This document shows positions 61,881 to 64,000 of a DNA stretch of 64,000 bases, in pieces. Origin of the DNA: Podarcis pityusensis (taxonomy: Eukaryota); assembly GCA_964106645.2 (NCBI GenBank), contig OZ067038.1; one strand, written 5' to 3'. Each line of letters begins with the position of its first letter. Position 1 is the first letter of the stretch. Made by a program: the position numbers and the translations under genes. The notes below the pieces were generated by a model that did no database searches, was not told the DNA's origin, and worked only from the letters and a program-made list of their open reading frames with translations.

Positions 61881-63756
61881 AGTCTAGTGGCAACTCACTC
61901 CCAGGTAAGTGGGTATAGGATTGCAAACTGAATCTTCACCCGGTGAGCTTCTATCTCCCCACCATCACCATCTCCATCCTCCATTTGGCTGCTGCCAAGG
62001 AAAGTTCCTCGCCATCACCAGCCACTTGGCACCGCTTGGTTTCTGACTCAGAGAAGTCCTCGGGGCTCTCATCCCTAACTAGAATTCACCCCCCCCATTT
62101 CTGCTAATCTCAGACGCCTCTGGGCCGGTGGAAGTTACACAGTGGCGAGGCAAAGGTAATGTATCTGCTTGGATTCTCCCCCTTCGCATTTATGAGGGTT
62201 TCTGAGTTGCCTCTGTAAAAGAGATTCCCCAAAGAATATAGCGCTCTCTCTCTGTATATAAACTGGGGATAGCACAATGCATTTTGGGGTTGGCCCGAAG
62301 GTGTGAGAAATGCTCTTTTATCCAGTAAAGAGGCTCCCATCAATGGGGGCGACTGAGCTGGCGGCTGTGGACAACATTATTATTTTTTTTGGGGGGGGGC
62401 GTTCGTCCCTTCATCCCTCAACCCGCCCCACTACGCGAGTGAGCCCTGACTCAGATTTTACCTTCCTAGTTCGTATCTTCATTTGATCTTCATTTAAAAA
62501 AAAATGTGTCCTGCGTTTCCAGAGGCGCTTGCCTCTCCCCCCCCCCAGTTGCAAACAATGAGGTCCCCCCCCTAATTAACTCCCCCCCCCAAACCCGGAA
62601 TCCCAAAGCAGGGGGCTTGAATAGCCATTCTCAGCGGTTCCTTTGGACTTAGGGTATTCTCCGGAGACTATCAATTTTCCAATCAGATTTGACGTCGGCC
62701 CATTTCCCCAGCCCAAATCCCTCGGGGAGAAGCACAAAGGAGCCATTATGCCCTGCCACTTACCAGTGCCTCTTTCCAAACTCACTCGCTTTCATTCCTT
62801 CGGTTTTAGGACTTTTGTCGCTGCTGCTCTTGGTTCCAATTCCAAAAGAGCCTGGATCGACTGGGAAACCGGCGTTGCCCTTAATGACAAGGAGGAACTC
62901 GCTCAATGAGTGGATCAGGAACAATATTTGGAGGCCGGCGCCTTAATAATAGTGATTTGCTTAGTCAAAGCATGGTCCTCTCTTTTATTTTTACACATGG
63001 GTGGGGGGGTTGGATTGCTTCCTCGCTTCAATCCTTGCTACTATTTTTCCCTTAAAAAGAGAGAGACAGAAAGCTTGGGGAACTAACTCAAGAGCGAAAA
63101 CAACCCCTCCCACAAGAATACATCCTTAAAATGGAAGCTGTCTTTGCCCAGCTCTTCTGTTTTATTTTTTAATGGGGGGGGGGGAGTTGATCTGAAATCA
63201 AAGAAAAAAGATTCATTGTCTTTTCCTTAGGAACATTTAGTCTGGGGAGAGAGGGGGTGTTATACAGATGATGGATCTGCTGCAGGGAGCCATTTACAAC
63301 TAAATGGACCCTCCATGTTCTGAAGCAGTCTACCTCTGTGCTGGAAATGAGCAACAGAGAAGGGCTGTTGCCTTTATCTCCCCTTACAAGCTTCTCAAAA
63401 AGCACCTGATGGCCCACAGTCAGAAAAAGAATACTGGGCTAGATGGCTCCGTGGTCTGATCTCTTAAGTCCCTATGGTCTTAAATAACCTCCAAGTTCAG
63501 AATCTGTAATTCTGTTGGAGGTAAATAATGGGACAGAGCTGTGGTTTCCCAGATGTGCTGCTTGCCTTCTTCTCAAAGCATCTCACTGGCCACTTGTGAA
63601 CACAGAACCCTGGCATAGTTCAGGGGTGCAGAACCTCCAACCCCGGGGTCCACAAAGATCCCAGTTTGGCCTGTGAGGTCAAACTATGGTTTTCCATAGG
63701 CTATGGCTATCCCTAAACCATAGTTACCTGCCCCACACCTGACATCATAAGGAGAG

Positions 63757-63970
63757 CCTGTGGGATCAGGAGAATGGCCCATCTAGTCCCAGATCCTGTT
63801 CTCAGTGGCAAGCCAGATGCCTGTGAACAATTGTGAGCATAACAGCATTCTCCAACCATGGAGGCAGAGCACAGCAATCATGGCTAGAAGCCATTGAATG
63901 TCTTCTCCTCCACAATTTTGCCTAATCCTCTTTTAAAACCACCCAAGCTGATGCCCATCACTGCCTTGTG
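63757..63970 (-). mobile_element. CR1-type 3' fragment, reverse
   Basis: GGCCCATCTAGTCC...CTAATCCTCTTTTAAAACCACCCAAG is the reverse complement of the family. Confidence 0.65.
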
Positions 63971-64000
63971 TAATATGTGATGTCAGGAGTAGGGCAGGTA

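Overview
Vertebrate genomic DNA, almost certainly a squamate and probably a lacertid lizard, judged from a Sauria/POM-type SINE plus squamate-type SINE, CR1, L2 and MITE repeats. The only protein-coding gene is the intronless forkhead gene FOXG1 on the minus strand (ATG 36673, stop 35228, 481 aa). Most of its forkhead domain is hidden by a 211-nt N run that keeps the reading frame. Around it are a recognisable core promoter (twin CCAAT boxes, TSS about 37243), a 5'UTR with two uATGs, and a ~1.2-kb 3'UTR with miR-9, miR-200, miR-30, miR-33 and miR-34 seed sites and poly(A) signals. Several enhancer-like non-coding blocks flank the gene. The locus lies in a ~56-kb CpG-retaining domain (about 6.7-63 kb) with CpG-depleted flanks, and it is heavily populated by short, often nested transposons. 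All other ORFs in the track look spurious. I found no convincing new multi-gene system. The best leads are regulatory: a 74-codon uORF whose stop overlaps the FOXG1 start (TGATG), N runs that fall on the most conserved sequence, the methylation-valley signature, a TCF/SOX palindromic enhancer, co-oriented CTCF-like sites and a prolific palindromic MITE family. Comparisons with human FOXG1 are from memory and need alignment.
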